Source: Paragordius varius
Lineage: Eukaryota; Animalia; Nematomorpha
Assembly (NCBI GenBank): GCA_964247055.1
Contig: OZ176055.1
Location: 3,472,001-3,536,000 of the forward strand
Direction of reading: 5' to 3'
Length of the DNA stretch: 64,000 bases
Each line of letters starts with the position of its first letter. The first letter of the stretch is position 1. The notes beneath the pieces are model-generated. The model did no database searches and was not told the DNA's origin. It worked only from the letters and a program-made list of their open reading frames with translations. Below are positions 1 through 13,021 of this stretch, one piece after another. The translations under genes and the position numbers were made by a program.

Positions 1-961
1 TACGCACATTTACACCTATAATTAATGGTTTACAAAATGATATATTATTAAATAAGTTTATAATTGTAAAAGGTAGGTCATACTTTGAACACATGATATT
101 TAGCTTTTTCATTCTTGGCATTGGAGATGACTTGCGGGCATCTGCAGATCGAGTTCGCCAAACGCACGAACGATAGGGTGCAGGTTTTCCGCTAATAACT
201 CTATGGGTGAAATAAGCAGGGACCCGATCGGCAATCGATTGCCTAACCTCACTTCTACTGTGGAGCCAATTAGTGTCGCTTCGATAAGTTACATCATTCT
301 TCAGTGGCTTTTGTCGTTTGAATATAGTAGCTTCTCGTACTATTTGTATGGCACTGTTTTTCGGCTCATTGTGCAAACTTGTAGGTGGCGTTCTAACTTT
401 TAATTTATTTTCATTCATTAAATCTGAGTTTAGATCGTTATGATTTTCCATTATCATATTGTCTGTAGCTCTAATTGCCATATCATTAATTTTTATTCTT
501 TTATTGCGATGCACGTTTTTCTTATCTTTTATTACACGTTTGTTGGTAGGTTTTTGGTTTGTTTTCTTTTTGGACAAAACATAATTAGATTGACGTTTTT
601 TGGTATTTTTCTGTTTACTAGACTGACGAGTCCTGGGCGTTTTGTTCGATTTGCGTGTGGAAACATTTTTAGACTTCCGTTTGGGAGTTTTAGCTTTTTT
701 CTTAGTACCCTTAAAGACTGTTTGATCTTTATTTTTAGACAATTTCTTGGGTTTTTTTGCGCGAGTACGTTTATTCCAGCTCCTTTTCTTTACATTTGAT
801 TTTTGCGATCTCGTTTTCCTGGTTTTCCCATCCTTTTTCTTAAAAGAGGTTCGTTGTTTGCTTTTCAATGTTGGTTTATTTTCTGTTTTAGATGCTTTGT
901 TTTGAGATAATTTTTGTTTTTTGTTTTTAGTTTTTGAAATAATAGTTGTTTTACGTTTCAT
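1..961 (-). CDS. Highly basic K/R-rich protein with a histone H1-tail or protamine-like N-terminal half; 3' end lies outside the window
   Basis: ATG at 961 (in-frame TAA two codons upstream), then 320 stop-free codons to the window edge: MKRKTTIISKTKNKKQKLSQNK...WLHSRSEVRQSIADRVPAYFTHRVISGKPAPYRSCVWRTRS... Probable 68-nt intron 83-16 (GTATGA...TTATAG) gives ...NIMCSKCKCA. Absent from the ORF track because there is no stop in the window. Confidence 0.75.
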   Translation of the reverse strand, partial: MKRKTTIISKTKNKKQKLSQNKASKTENKPTLKSKQRTSFKKKDGKTRKTRSQKSNVKKRSWNKRTRAKKPKKLSKNKDQTVFKGTKKKAKTPKRKSKNVSTRKSNKTPRTRQSSKQKNTKKRQSNYVLSKKKTNQKPTNKRVIKDKKNVHRNKRIKINDMAIRATDNMIMENHNDLNSDLMNENKLKVRTPPTSLHNEPKNSAIQIVREATIFKRQKPLKNDVTYRSDTNWLHSRSEVRQSIADRVPAYFTHRVISGKPAPYRSCVWRTRSADARKSSPMPRMKKLNIMCSKYDLPFTIINLFNNISFCKPLIIGVNVR

Positions 962-3900
962 GTGTTAAATTTATAAACAAGTATTATGACAATCTATTTA
1001 TAATGATTGTTAAATTAAAATCAAGATATACATAATAAATTATATAAACAAATTTAAATAGTATAAGCTGGTTGAAACTTATTATATAAATATATACAAT
1101 TGAAAATTAGTTTTTTAAATTAACATGTATAAATTATTATGATAAACACCCATAGATTCTAGGACCATTTAATTACATTTTTTTGATGTTTTTCAATCAA
1201 ACCCCGCCATTTTTCCAATGTTGCGACTCGGAAACTTGCCTCTTTATAATTAAAATTATTTAGAATATAATTATAATTTGCCATCAATTCGATATCGAAT
1301 TTTTTCGGAAATCAAATAAATATCATTTTTACTGAATTCGAGATATTCAACAGATTGTAGATGTATGTTTTATTATTCTTATAATAATCAATGCAAATAT
1401 TAATTTTTATAGCCCTGTTGCTGTTACAGTTTAAGATATTGTTTGTGAATCATAATTTATTATTATTTTTATCTAAACAAAAATTACAAACACGATATTT
1501 TTGGCGATTTTGACACAGGGTGTGGAGCTAATCACGTTGTAAATATAAAAAGCTATGACGATATTTGCCTTGAAATGGAAATAACTCATATTATTATAGA
1601 ATCTATACTCAACTTTAAATGCTCCAAAAAACGCTATTTAATGGTGTATTTAACATAGGCGGTCCCAACCATTTGAATAAAAGCTGAGAGAATTTGGACT
1701 TTAAATGGGGAAAATCATTAAATAAATTATATAATCTCAGGTTTCAGAAATCTTACCTGCTTTATTTTTATATTACCGCTTAATTAAATAGGGTTGAGCC
1801 TGACCAAAAAATTATAGAAAAGCGCTCAACTAACGAAAAATACCTAATAAAATTATCATTGATTTCAATTAATTTCAGTTGGGCGTAAAATTTATTTCAA
1901 GTTACGTTAGTTTTATATTTTTATGTTTGAATATTTAACAGAGGTTAAAGTTTTTGTGGCTAATTTGAAACTAATTTATTTTTACGTGCAATACCTCAAA
2001 TCATAGATATTACATAGTTTTATAACTTGGTCGAAAGTTGCTTTAAAGCGGTAGACGAGAATTTTTAATGAAACCATCAGAATATAGATATTTTTTTTAT
2101 AACAGTTTGGGAAAACTAGTCAAATCTTATTAATCAAAATATAAAATTAGATAATAATATTCTAGTTCCTTTTGGTAAACTATTTTTACTAAATTAACAG
2201 ATGGGACAAAACCTCATATTTTTACAGAAAATTTTGTAATTGGTTAAAAAATTAAAATTTCAATCAGGCAGCCTGATTGGTTGATAAGCACTTTAACAAC
2301 TTATTATGAAATAACAGCCAACTATACTATCACCATAAAAATACATTGATGAGATAGGAAAATGTCTAAGGATCATCATGGTGCGTTTGGTTATAACGAA
2401 TAAGGTGGGATAATTACTTCATGCGGTAACTGATCCATCAGAAAATAAGAAAATTTGCCCCCATTTTGTCATTTTTGATGATCCAATTAATATACAATAT
2501 ATTTATAAAATCTTAATTTCATGTAGGTCCAAAAGTCCCATTTTTTGTCATTCCAAAAAAGCTAATGCCGTATAAAATTAACGTAAAAATGGAGAGATAT
2601 GGCTATAATATATTTATATGCATTTTGATATAAAAAGTATATTCTGAACAACATATATTTCGTTTAAATATTTGATTTACGTGTGCGAAATTGGGGATAT
2701 AAAATATCCTAATAAAATACATATATTCTGATAAGAAGATATATATCAGAATTTTTGATACGGGTGATTTAAGACAGTCGCTTTTGTGGTAGCTTATTGA
2801 AAAGTGGCAAATTTGCTCACATTATTTTTAAATTTTATTTGAAGGCTAAATTGCTTCATTTCAAAAAATATCCCTAAAATTTATAAATTGCATATATAAA
2901 AGCAAATAACCATTTATGGGCTTCAGAAGTTCCAAATTTTTTTGCGCGTTTGAAATGGGCTAGTTTTTAATTAAAGGCAAAAATGCCGATATATTGCGTT
3001 ATGAAGGTTAAATAGATGTTAATTCTTGGTATAAATAAAAATATTTTAAAAAATGAGAAATATAAGTTTTAGCATTTGGTTAAAGCACTTTAAACTCTAT
3101 TAACACTTGGATAAAACGCATTCATTTCAGTCCCTCGATTCGTATTGGGGTAGTTGAATACCCCAGGTTTATTTAAAGGTAATTTTGAAAAATATGGAAA
3201 AAATTGAGGCTATTGCAAAAGTTTCCACTTATATATCATAAATGAACCTACGATATAAAATTCATTCAAAAATAGTTGATATTAATTAAATTAAGATAAA
3301 TCCCAAAGATACCAATTTAGCCAATACATATCATAGGCTAAATATGAAAATAATGCAAGGTATAAGGCATTTTTTGTTAATGTTGATCTTAAATGTGATC
3401 TTTATAAAGTAAACTTAATTAAAGCCTTAAACTAAAAAGAATATTTTGCAAAAATGTTGTGAAATATAAATGGCGTTTAAGAAGTTCAACGTGGAACTAT
3501 TTTAAAATAACTAAATTTTATTTTGTTTTAGCTTTATGTATAATTTTTATCAGGGTAAAATTTTAAATTGAACCGTTTCTCTCGTTTATTAGAAAAATCA
3601 TAAACACAGTGTGCGGGGTCCTTAGTTACAAGGTGAAATGAAATGTTTTGGAAGCAATTAAATTCTAAATAGGTTATTAGCATAAATTCTTTTTTATTAT
3701 GAGACATCTATGATGAAGCAAAAAATTTTCTCACCTCAGAATTAATAAAAAGTCGCTTCCGAATTTAGGTGATTTTTTGAAAAAACATAACATAAATTAT
3801 AAGACAAACGATTTTATTATCTAATTCAGATAATCATTTTCTCAGCATCAGTGAATTTTAATAAAGGTGTTTTTATAATATAAGACGGGCTTAAAATATA

Positions 3901-4159
3901 AAGCATACTTAAATCTTGCTAAATTAATATTGTAAAAAAATGCATCTATCAAAAGACACCATGAAGCATATATTATATTCTATGAAGGAATAAACTTTTG
4001 CTCATCTTTTCAAAAAAATTGTTTACAATGCCTAATGGGCATAATTATTTACAAGTTAAACCATTTATTAATAACAGTTCCTACAAATATTTGAATTTAC
4101 AATTTTTTCCGTGTATAAAAAGGTTTTTTGGCTGATGTAACTTTATTTAAAAATAGCAC

Positions 4160-7100
4160 ATGCCTAAATTCAAAGTTAATTCTTCTAAAACGGGTAAGTT
4201 TAAAAAGATCCAATCCACAGAGGGCTCTGACAAAAATGATTATTCTCCAACTGTTGATTCTGGAATTGATGTTGATTTAAATGGAAATTCATCTGTTCAA
4301 TTGAAAAAGAGTGTAACTTTATTAAATGGTGTAACCATTATTGTTGGGACAATTATCGGATCAGGTAAAACTGTTTTATTTTATATAATTGACTTTACAA
4401 TATTATATTAATATAAGTAATTTTAAAGGTATAAATATATTTTTAATATATATATATATCTTAATTTAATTACTATAATCTTTTTAGGCTAATGTAAATA
4501 CATTGAACTATAATTTAATATTTATTTATTAAAAATAATTGTATATCGTGCTCTTTGGTGAAAATATTAAGCCACAATTCCTTCTCAGATACAATGTTTG
4601 TAAATAATTTTCAATACATTTCATTTTTCGGCTCCTAGGTATTTTCATTACGCCCACCGAAGTTTTAGCTTATGCCGGGAACGCTGGTTCTGCCCTAGTT
4701 ATCTGGGCCATTTGTGGAATTTTTTCAGTCATAGGTGCATTGTGTTATGCCGAGCTTGGTACTACCATACCCCGCAGCGGGGGAGATTACAGTTATATTA
4801 TGGAATGTTTTGGTGACGTGCCAGCCTTCCTGTTTCTTTGGGTCAATTTAATAATTATACGGCCTGTTGCACTTTCCATAGTTTGTCTGGCGTTTGGGAA
4901 CTATGCATCCCAACCCATTCTGGAATATATATTAAACAAACAACTTTTGCAAAGTGGTTTGCCTCAAACCACATCAAACTTGGTTGATTTAATGAACACA
5001 CCGGAAGTTATGGCACAATCAGCGATGATTGCGCGCTTTTTGGCGGCTTTTGCGCTGAGTAAGAAAAATTCTTTGAATTAAATTTGGTATTTAAATAAGG
5101 AATCGGAACGAACCGGTTTCATGGAAGGAAATTATTAATAAAGGTTTTTTGGAAATAAAAAGCGGTTTACGTTGCCGAATCTATTAGAACATAAACTGTG
5201 GTCACGGTTAAATAATGTTTTTTTAAAAATATATTTAAATTATAATATAGTGTTGAGCGTTTTTATAAAAAAATGGTATACAATACTTTTTGTACCTTAT
5301 ATTTTTCATTTATTGCCACGATATGCAAGAAAATATTTAAAAACAACCCATTCAGAACTATTCAATTGAAAAAACAACAACAATAGAACCTGTTTAAAAA
5401 CATTTTTACAATTTTTTAATGCCAGAATTTATTTAATAAACGGTCGTCGTTTTAATCTCTGGGTAAAATATGTTAAATTCACAACAAATAATCATGTTAT
5501 TACTATCATATATATATATATATTAATTTTTTTAAATTTTTTTTTTCATACATTATGCAATTATATGAATAGTAACTTTGACTGTGATAAATTGTTGGAG
5601 CGTAAAATTAGCCATGAAGGTTCAAGACATTTTCACGTTAGCCAAATTATTTGCACTCCTTATAATTATCGTGAGTGGTGTTGTGGTTTTATTTCAAGGT
5701 TTATACTAAATAATTTTTATTTTTTTCTTTGTTTTAAATAAACATAATTTTATTGAACTTAAAATAATTTTTTTATTGTATTGTGTAAACAAAGTTTATA
5801 TGGATAAATTGATATTAATTGCACATAGATATTGTATTTGTTTAATGAATAAAAACAACTGTTTTTTGAATAAAGTATAAAATACCGTATAAAATCGATT
5901 AAATTTTCATGGATATTACCTCATACTTTTTTTTATAAATCGCTCTTTTTGTTGTTTTATATAATTATAATTTATTATTATAATTTAATCTTTTGTATCT
6001 ATCTATATATTTATAAACTACAGTAAAATTAATTATTTAAAATTTTGATAAAAATATACCATATAATTATATATATATATATATATATATTGATAAAAAT
6101 TATTAAAAATATATTATAGATTAAATTTATTTCATGAAACATATTTTTAGGTAAAACACAAAGTTTCCAAAACTCATTCGTGGGCACAAAAGGTATTGGG
6201 GAACTGTCCTTAGCTGTATACTCTGGTCTTTTTGCTTTTGGTGGCTGGTAAAAAAATTTTATTATAATATTTTTGTCAAATTTTCTTGATTAATTTAAAT
6301 GGGATTTTGAGAGTTTAATGAAAAATGAAAGAAAGTTACATATAATATTTTGGGCTCGGAAAAAGATGGGATCTTTCAAAATTTTATTTAATATCTGTTT
6401 TCGGGCTTGTTTTAATTACATTATTATAATTTTTATGCCATTAAATGCTTGTCCTGAGAGATTTTATTAAAAATATTGTTTACTTTTTATATAAAGTTTA
6501 AAACTTAAAAAATTTGAATTTAAGTGTATAAATGATTTATGAAGACAAGTAATAATATATTTGTTTACACATAATATAGCCTTATAAATTAGTTAATTAT
6601 ATTAAGGGCGTAAAATTTTTTTAACATGACAAACAAATTCGTTTTTGTGCTTATTTTAAATTATATTTATGACAAAAGAAATGCGGCCGATGCAATTTTA
6701 TTCCGCTTGTTTTTGTTTGTTAAATTTTATTTTATGTTAGAGCCTATTTTTAACAATATATGATAGACATATTTTACTCAAAATTCCAAACATTTTTAAC
6801 TTATATAATTAGGGACCTAAACTCAATAGCTTCTTTTAAATCAAACGAAAAAATAAATGGTTTATCCTTTAAAATGAAATTTTCTTAACATTTAACCGAA
6901 ATAACCGTTTAAAAATATACGGGCTCCCAACCAGAGACAAAAAAACATGGAACCAGGACTAAAATATTTTGATAGCGTATTAAATTTGAAAAAAAAATTA
7001 AAAATGCTAAAAACTGTTTGTTGGAACCGCGGTATAAATAATTTATATTAATATAATATTTTTGAGTATGATATTACTTTAATACTTACCTTTTCTATTT

Positions 7101-8097
7101 TTTTAGGAATTTCCTAAATTTTGTTACCGAAGAAATGCAAAATCCAAACAGGTAGGTATACATTATTTTTTCTTAAAGTATTATTTTTATTATTATTTAA
7201 TAAAATATTTTTTATTATTTAGGAATTTGCCCTTATCCATTATAATTGGTTTGCCGCTCGTCACAATTTTGTATCTGTTGACCAATATCGCTTACTTAGC
7301 CGTCCTGAGTCCGCGTGAAATGTTAGCTTCAAAAGCTGTTGCATTTGTAAGTACTTTTGTTTTTTTTAAACTATTTTTACAAGTAAAATTTTTTATTACT
7401 TTTTTATATAAAATAAATCGCATAACTTTATTATTTACTATAATTACTTAGATTTTAATTACATATTAAACAACTGTATTCTCCATATTAGATCCAAATT
7501 TTATAAATTTATTTGCATCATTTAATTTTGACTCAGAGATATCGGTAATGTAGTTAACAAAATTTTATAATACTAGAAAAAAATAATTTTTTGTCATTTT
7601 CTATGAAAATATATACCACACAAGGTAAAATTTTAATACATCAGTTTGCACATATGATATTCTCAACTATTTTTATAGCGAATATATTTTTTTGTGGAAT
7701 GTTAGGATTTTGCTAATCGATTGTTCCCCAAAGTTGCATGGATTATGCCAATATTTGTTTCTTTTTCGGCTTTCGGAGGTGCAAATGGGTTGCTTTTCAC
7801 ATCGGGCCGGTATATATATTATCAAGATTTGTTCTTAAATATTAATATTATAACAACTAAACATAAAAAGTAAAAGACAAATATTTTTGTGAAGACAGTC
7901 ATTTTTTATAGCTAACCTATCGTTTTGAATTGCAAAAATGACAAATAAACTTGCAAATTCATGAATCATAAATTTTAAATTTTTGCAATCCATAAAGAAA
8001 CATCCATGGATAATAAATATGATCTCCTACTCGTCATATAAAATTACATTTTTTCAGCCTAGGCACCCTTTAATAAAAAAATACGATTATAATATCG

Positions 8098-8131
<34 letters not shown>

Positions 8132-9966
8132 ATAGATTATTGTTTGTCGGAGCACAATACGGACATTTACCCAAACTTTTAAGCATGATCCACGTTAAAA
8201 GATTCACTCCGATTCCGGCTATCAGCTTTTTGGTTATTTTTATTTCTTATATTTAATTTTCTTTGTTTCTTTCATATAATATTATTTCCTATAAAGTTTT
8301 TATGATTAAAATTGCTTAATATGCTTTATAACAATCCTACTCATATTAACCATATAAAAAATATGGTTAATGAAAATATGCTTGACTTTTATTTCTAAAT
8401 TTTGAGTTCTTACAAAATTTTAGCCTTTACTTTACATATTTTACGCCTTATTTTCTCAAATAACATATTAATTTTTAAAATTTAGTGTATAATGTCCCTG
8501 ATATACTTGAAAGGACGTAACATTGGAACACTTATTAATTATTTTTCCTTTGTATTTTACCTGTTTGTGGGCATTTGTATGGCTGGACTTATATATTTGA
8601 GATGGAAGAAACCGAATATACCTCGACCTATTAGAGTTTTTAATTAATTTTTTTCCATTTTTTACAGTAAAAATTTTGAAGATTAAAATAAAACATAAAA
8701 AAATGGTATTTTACAGTAAAAAAATATAAGCAAAAGGCAAATATTTTTAATTGATTTTTTTATTTTACTTATGGTTTTGGGATACGAAAATAAGAATACA
8801 CATAATTGGTAACACATAAAGTTTAATATATTTCAGAATTTTAGCCATATAGATTAATACAAAAAATCTCTAAATACTTGTACTAATTACAAAAAATTAA
8901 TTTATTACTTTTAATTTTTTTATATTTTACATTATTTCAAAAAAATTTGATTTTTGTTAGCTACCAATGTTTGTGCACATATTTTTTACCATTATGTGCG
9001 TTTTCCTTGTGGTCGTCCCTGTAATAGCTCAACCAAAAGACACTGGGATTGGTTTGGCTATAGTTCTGACAGGTTTTATCTTCAGTAAAAAAATGTCATC
9101 TAAATTAAATTTTATATTTTATCTATCAGATAAAAATACCTTTTTTTAAAAGAAAATTTTGTTTTTAGTTAATTGAGAAAAGGTAAATAAAACATATGAA
9201 ACAATTTTTTATAAATATCTTAAATTTTCACCTCTAACCTAACCTTCAGATGTTGATTTGTTTAATAATTTCAGTGTTTATTGACCACAACGGCTTAATT
9301 TTTTTATAAATATTTTACAGCTTAATATTATGTAATATTTTCATAGGTATACCCGTCTACCTCCTGGGTATTAAATGGAAGAATAAACCGGCAGCTTTTA
9401 CAAATTTTATGGGTATATATATATTATATATATATATATATATATGTCTTATAAATTAATTTTCACTAAACAAAAAGTTTTACATAAGTTCCTTTTTTAA
9501 TCGATAAAATTTATTTTTTGGAAATAAATGTTTAGTGTTTGTTAAAATTGAATGTAAAAACAGTAAAATTTAAAAACATAAAGCCGTATATGTAAAAAGT
9601 TATAAATATTATAATATAAATATAAAAAACTGACAATTTTTTTTCAAAAAACTATTTTGATCCTTTATTTTAATTATCATAAATTTATAAATTGGAATTA
9701 TCTTTTTTAATAATTAGAGTTAACGAAAAAAGTACCTAAAACAAAAATAAAATAATATAATTCCCTTTGTTATATTTGTAGCCAGATTAACCCATTGGTG
9801 CCAAAAAATATTTTTGATAATTGGACAAGACATCAGGCCTACCACATCTTTAAACACATCCCATCTTGCATTATCGGATAAAACTACTATTCCTGAAATT
9901 TATAAGGAAGGCGTTTTAGATAATCAATCATCTGAATTGAATCCATTGCAAAAAGAGAAATATTAA
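4160..9966 (+). CDS. SLC7 family L-type amino acid transporter light chain (LAT/y+LAT-like), 12 exons
   Basis: Joined exons give [94 protein letters not shown] and [16 protein letters not shown], all diagnostic of SLC7/LAT. Exon 1 4160-4364, exon 2 4639-5058, last exon 9782-9966. Splice phases are consistent. Confidence 0.95.
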
Positions 9967-10519
9967 ATTATATATTTTGCAGTCATAATATTTTTTATTA
10001 TATATAATATGTCAAAAAATTAAAACGTGTAAAACCAACCATGACATTCCTTATATAAACTCGTAGAATTTTGAAAAAGTTTTTTGTAAAAAAATGATAG
10101 TATTGAATCATTGTATAGTTTTTTAATCGTTTTAATCAAAGGATCAAATTCTAAGTATTGGTGTTAAAATCCAGTATTTATTTCATCTCTTCTGTATGGC
10201 CTGTAATTTGCAATCATCATTGGTTTATATATACCGTTTTATCTATATAATTATTTTTATATAACTATCATGTAGGGTGCACTTATATATATATATTCAT
10301 ACTTTTCTTATACAATATATTTTTGTACACTTTTTTTAAAAAAATGGCTTATAAAAATTATTTTTGCTATACATATAATTTGCTCAATAAATTGTAAAAT
10401 TTACATATATCGCTCATATCACAATGCTTAAATATTCACCTTTATACGCTATTTCTCCTATCGAAGGAGGTAAGCGTGTTATAGTTTTCCGTTCCTTTCT
10501 GTCTACTGCTTGTTCGATT

Positions 10520-11015
10520 TTTATATTGAAAAATCTAGTTATTCTTGAATAGTGGATATCTTAAAACTATCTTAGGTGTTAATCCGAATTTAAAAATATG
10601 CCCACACATTATTCAAAAAAAAGTTTTTTTGAGATGTAAAATTATAAAAAGACTACATCTCAAACATTTTTGCCGCCATTTTTTCTATGCTAATGCAGGC
10701 AAATGTTTATGGTTAGAAAATGTAAATAACTAACTTTTAAAAGATTCAGGTCACATTTACCACCAAAAACATGATATAATTTGATTTAGATATCAGCTGT
10801 TTCTTTCAATCGTGTGTTGGTGCTGTGCCAATTTTAGGCTCTAGAACTCAGAAAACTATAAATAAGTTTTTTTTATCTTATACATGAGAACAATGTTTGA
10901 TAATTAAAATTTAACTAAAAAAACTATCAAAACTAGTTGATTTTATAAAATTGAGCTCTGGGATATAAAACTACCCCAGAAAACCAGGACAAAAAGTCAA
11001 TATGTAAAGTGTTAA
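10520..11015 (+). repeat. Dispersed ~500-bp repeat, copy 1
   Basis: Colinear similarity to 32460-32965 (GGTTAGAAAATGTAAATAA, AACAATGTTT, CTCTGGGATATAAAACT, AGGACAAAAAG, GTGTTAA end). Confidence 0.7.
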
Positions 11016-13021
11016 ATAAAATTGTTTTATTTAGAAGGCTGATTTTAGAATAATCATTTAATAATGTAATATATAAAACATTAGAAACGTGATATAAAAT
11101 ATATTATAAATCTGTTATTTTTTATATAATATCTATAATACATTTTCCTATTCTATTGCCTTCCATTACGAATAAAAAAATACATTCTCTATACAAAATA
11201 GAAATTATCTTAAGTTTAAGTCAAAAATGTGAATTTTTTAGATTTTTGATAAAAAATCACCAACCTTATAGCAAATCTGGTTTGGGATCATTTATACCCA
11301 AACTGTTTTTGCTTATTTAATACTTATGAAAACGCTTTCTCATGGATTAACATCGACATTTTTGAAGAATCTTAATCTTTAATTAATAAGTTTTGAACAA
11401 AAAAAGGCTAAAAACATTTTAAACCAATTTTAAAACCAAACCGGGGTCTAAACAGAAAAAATAATATGTTTTTTAAAAATTAACAAATAATACAATTTTT
11501 TACCTTATTTTATACTTATGGGGGTTTTTACAAAAAATGGTTCTTATACATTCCAGATATAATTCAACCGTATTTAGTACCTTTGGCCATATAATGATCC
11601 GGTACCAAAATATTTTTGCGAAAAACAATGGAACTAAAACTTTTTTTGCTATAAATTCTTCAGAAGAATCAGAATTTAGTAAAAAAAGTTTTTTAAAAAT
11701 CTATGTGGTACCTAAATCTTGCCATATTTGGACCCCTAATATTTTTAAATTAATTTTTTATTTTCTCATTATCTTTGATGATTAGGAATTAATATTTTAA
11801 ATATGATATAGATTAGATATTTAATCCTTTGCACTTATAAATTTTTTGTAATATGATTATTCGGCAGTTCATTTAATTTTAATATTTTTTTAAACATTTT
11901 TTTGCATAAAGGATATTGATCTTTTGACATTTGTTGTCAATACGAATATTTTTGTATCAAACGAAACGCGCTACCTCTGCAGAAAAAACAAAATATTTAT
12001 ATTAATTTTGATAAAATCAATCACATTCAATTAATGTAATAAACGTATACATAAATATTTTCATTTAATGAAAACATTGTAACATTCATCCTTTGTTTTT
12101 TCTCCGGAATATAGATAATGTTTCGTGTTTTTAAAAGTTTTAAAAATATTATATATCTTCTAGATATGATGATTATCTATTTCTGCTGATACGTTTGAAA
12201 ATGTATAAAAATTTAATAATGCTTCAAAAATTGATAAATTTTTAACCTCAAAAACTAATTGAGAGATTAATTTTTTAGCACATTTTAATCAGTAGTTTTC
12301 ATATTAAAATTTTATGAAAAAATAATTATTAATAATTAATTTTCCATGAAAATTCTTATTTAATACCTTTGATATTACAGTTAGGTAAGACACAGAAAAT
12401 GCTATCTATCAATCTATCTATACAATATTTCTTATAATAAAATTATTAGGGAAAACTTTAAAACAAAGAAAGATGAATCATTTTTTATTTTTCAAAATTT
12501 TATAAAGCGTAAAATATAGCTGAATTTTTCAATAACATATAATTTGAAAAAGATTTTTAAATATGTGAGCTACTATTTTATTAAATATACCTCCATATAT
12601 TACCTCTATTTCTTTGTATTGTTTATAAATTTTACATTTAAATTTAAAATTAATTAATAATATAATGATAATAATATATTATAATGAACTTTATTATTCT
12701 CCCTTTTTTAAAACAATGAATGAAAATGAAAAATTGATCAATTTTAGCGAACAGAAATGAATAACAGTTTATGTAATTCTCTTGCATGAGACATAGATAA
12801 TATTTCCTTTTTTTTAAAAAATTAGTTGTAGTTTTTAAATAAAAAAACATTTTATATCTTTTTAAATAAAGCAGTAACCATATATTTTAAAATGTTTGAG
12901 CCCATTTGCATCACGAGACTTAATAACATAATACCAATTAATCGTTTTTATAAATAATTAATTGTTATGTAAAAATATTGTTATTTTTTGCATTCTTTCT
13001 TCCTTCCCTCCCTATGCAAGA

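Noticed and set aside
203-799. ORF-track entries 203..403 and 440..799 (+), hydrophobic and F-rich
   Set aside because: Antisense shadows of the K-rich minus-strand ORF starting at 961.
2270-2460. Minus-strand frame interrupted by TGA (SDGSVTA*SNYP), suggesting a NUMT or TGA recoding
   Set aside because: No match to a mitochondrial protein that I recognise, TAA stops follow, and the real genes here use TGA as a stop (RSU1, ETHE1).
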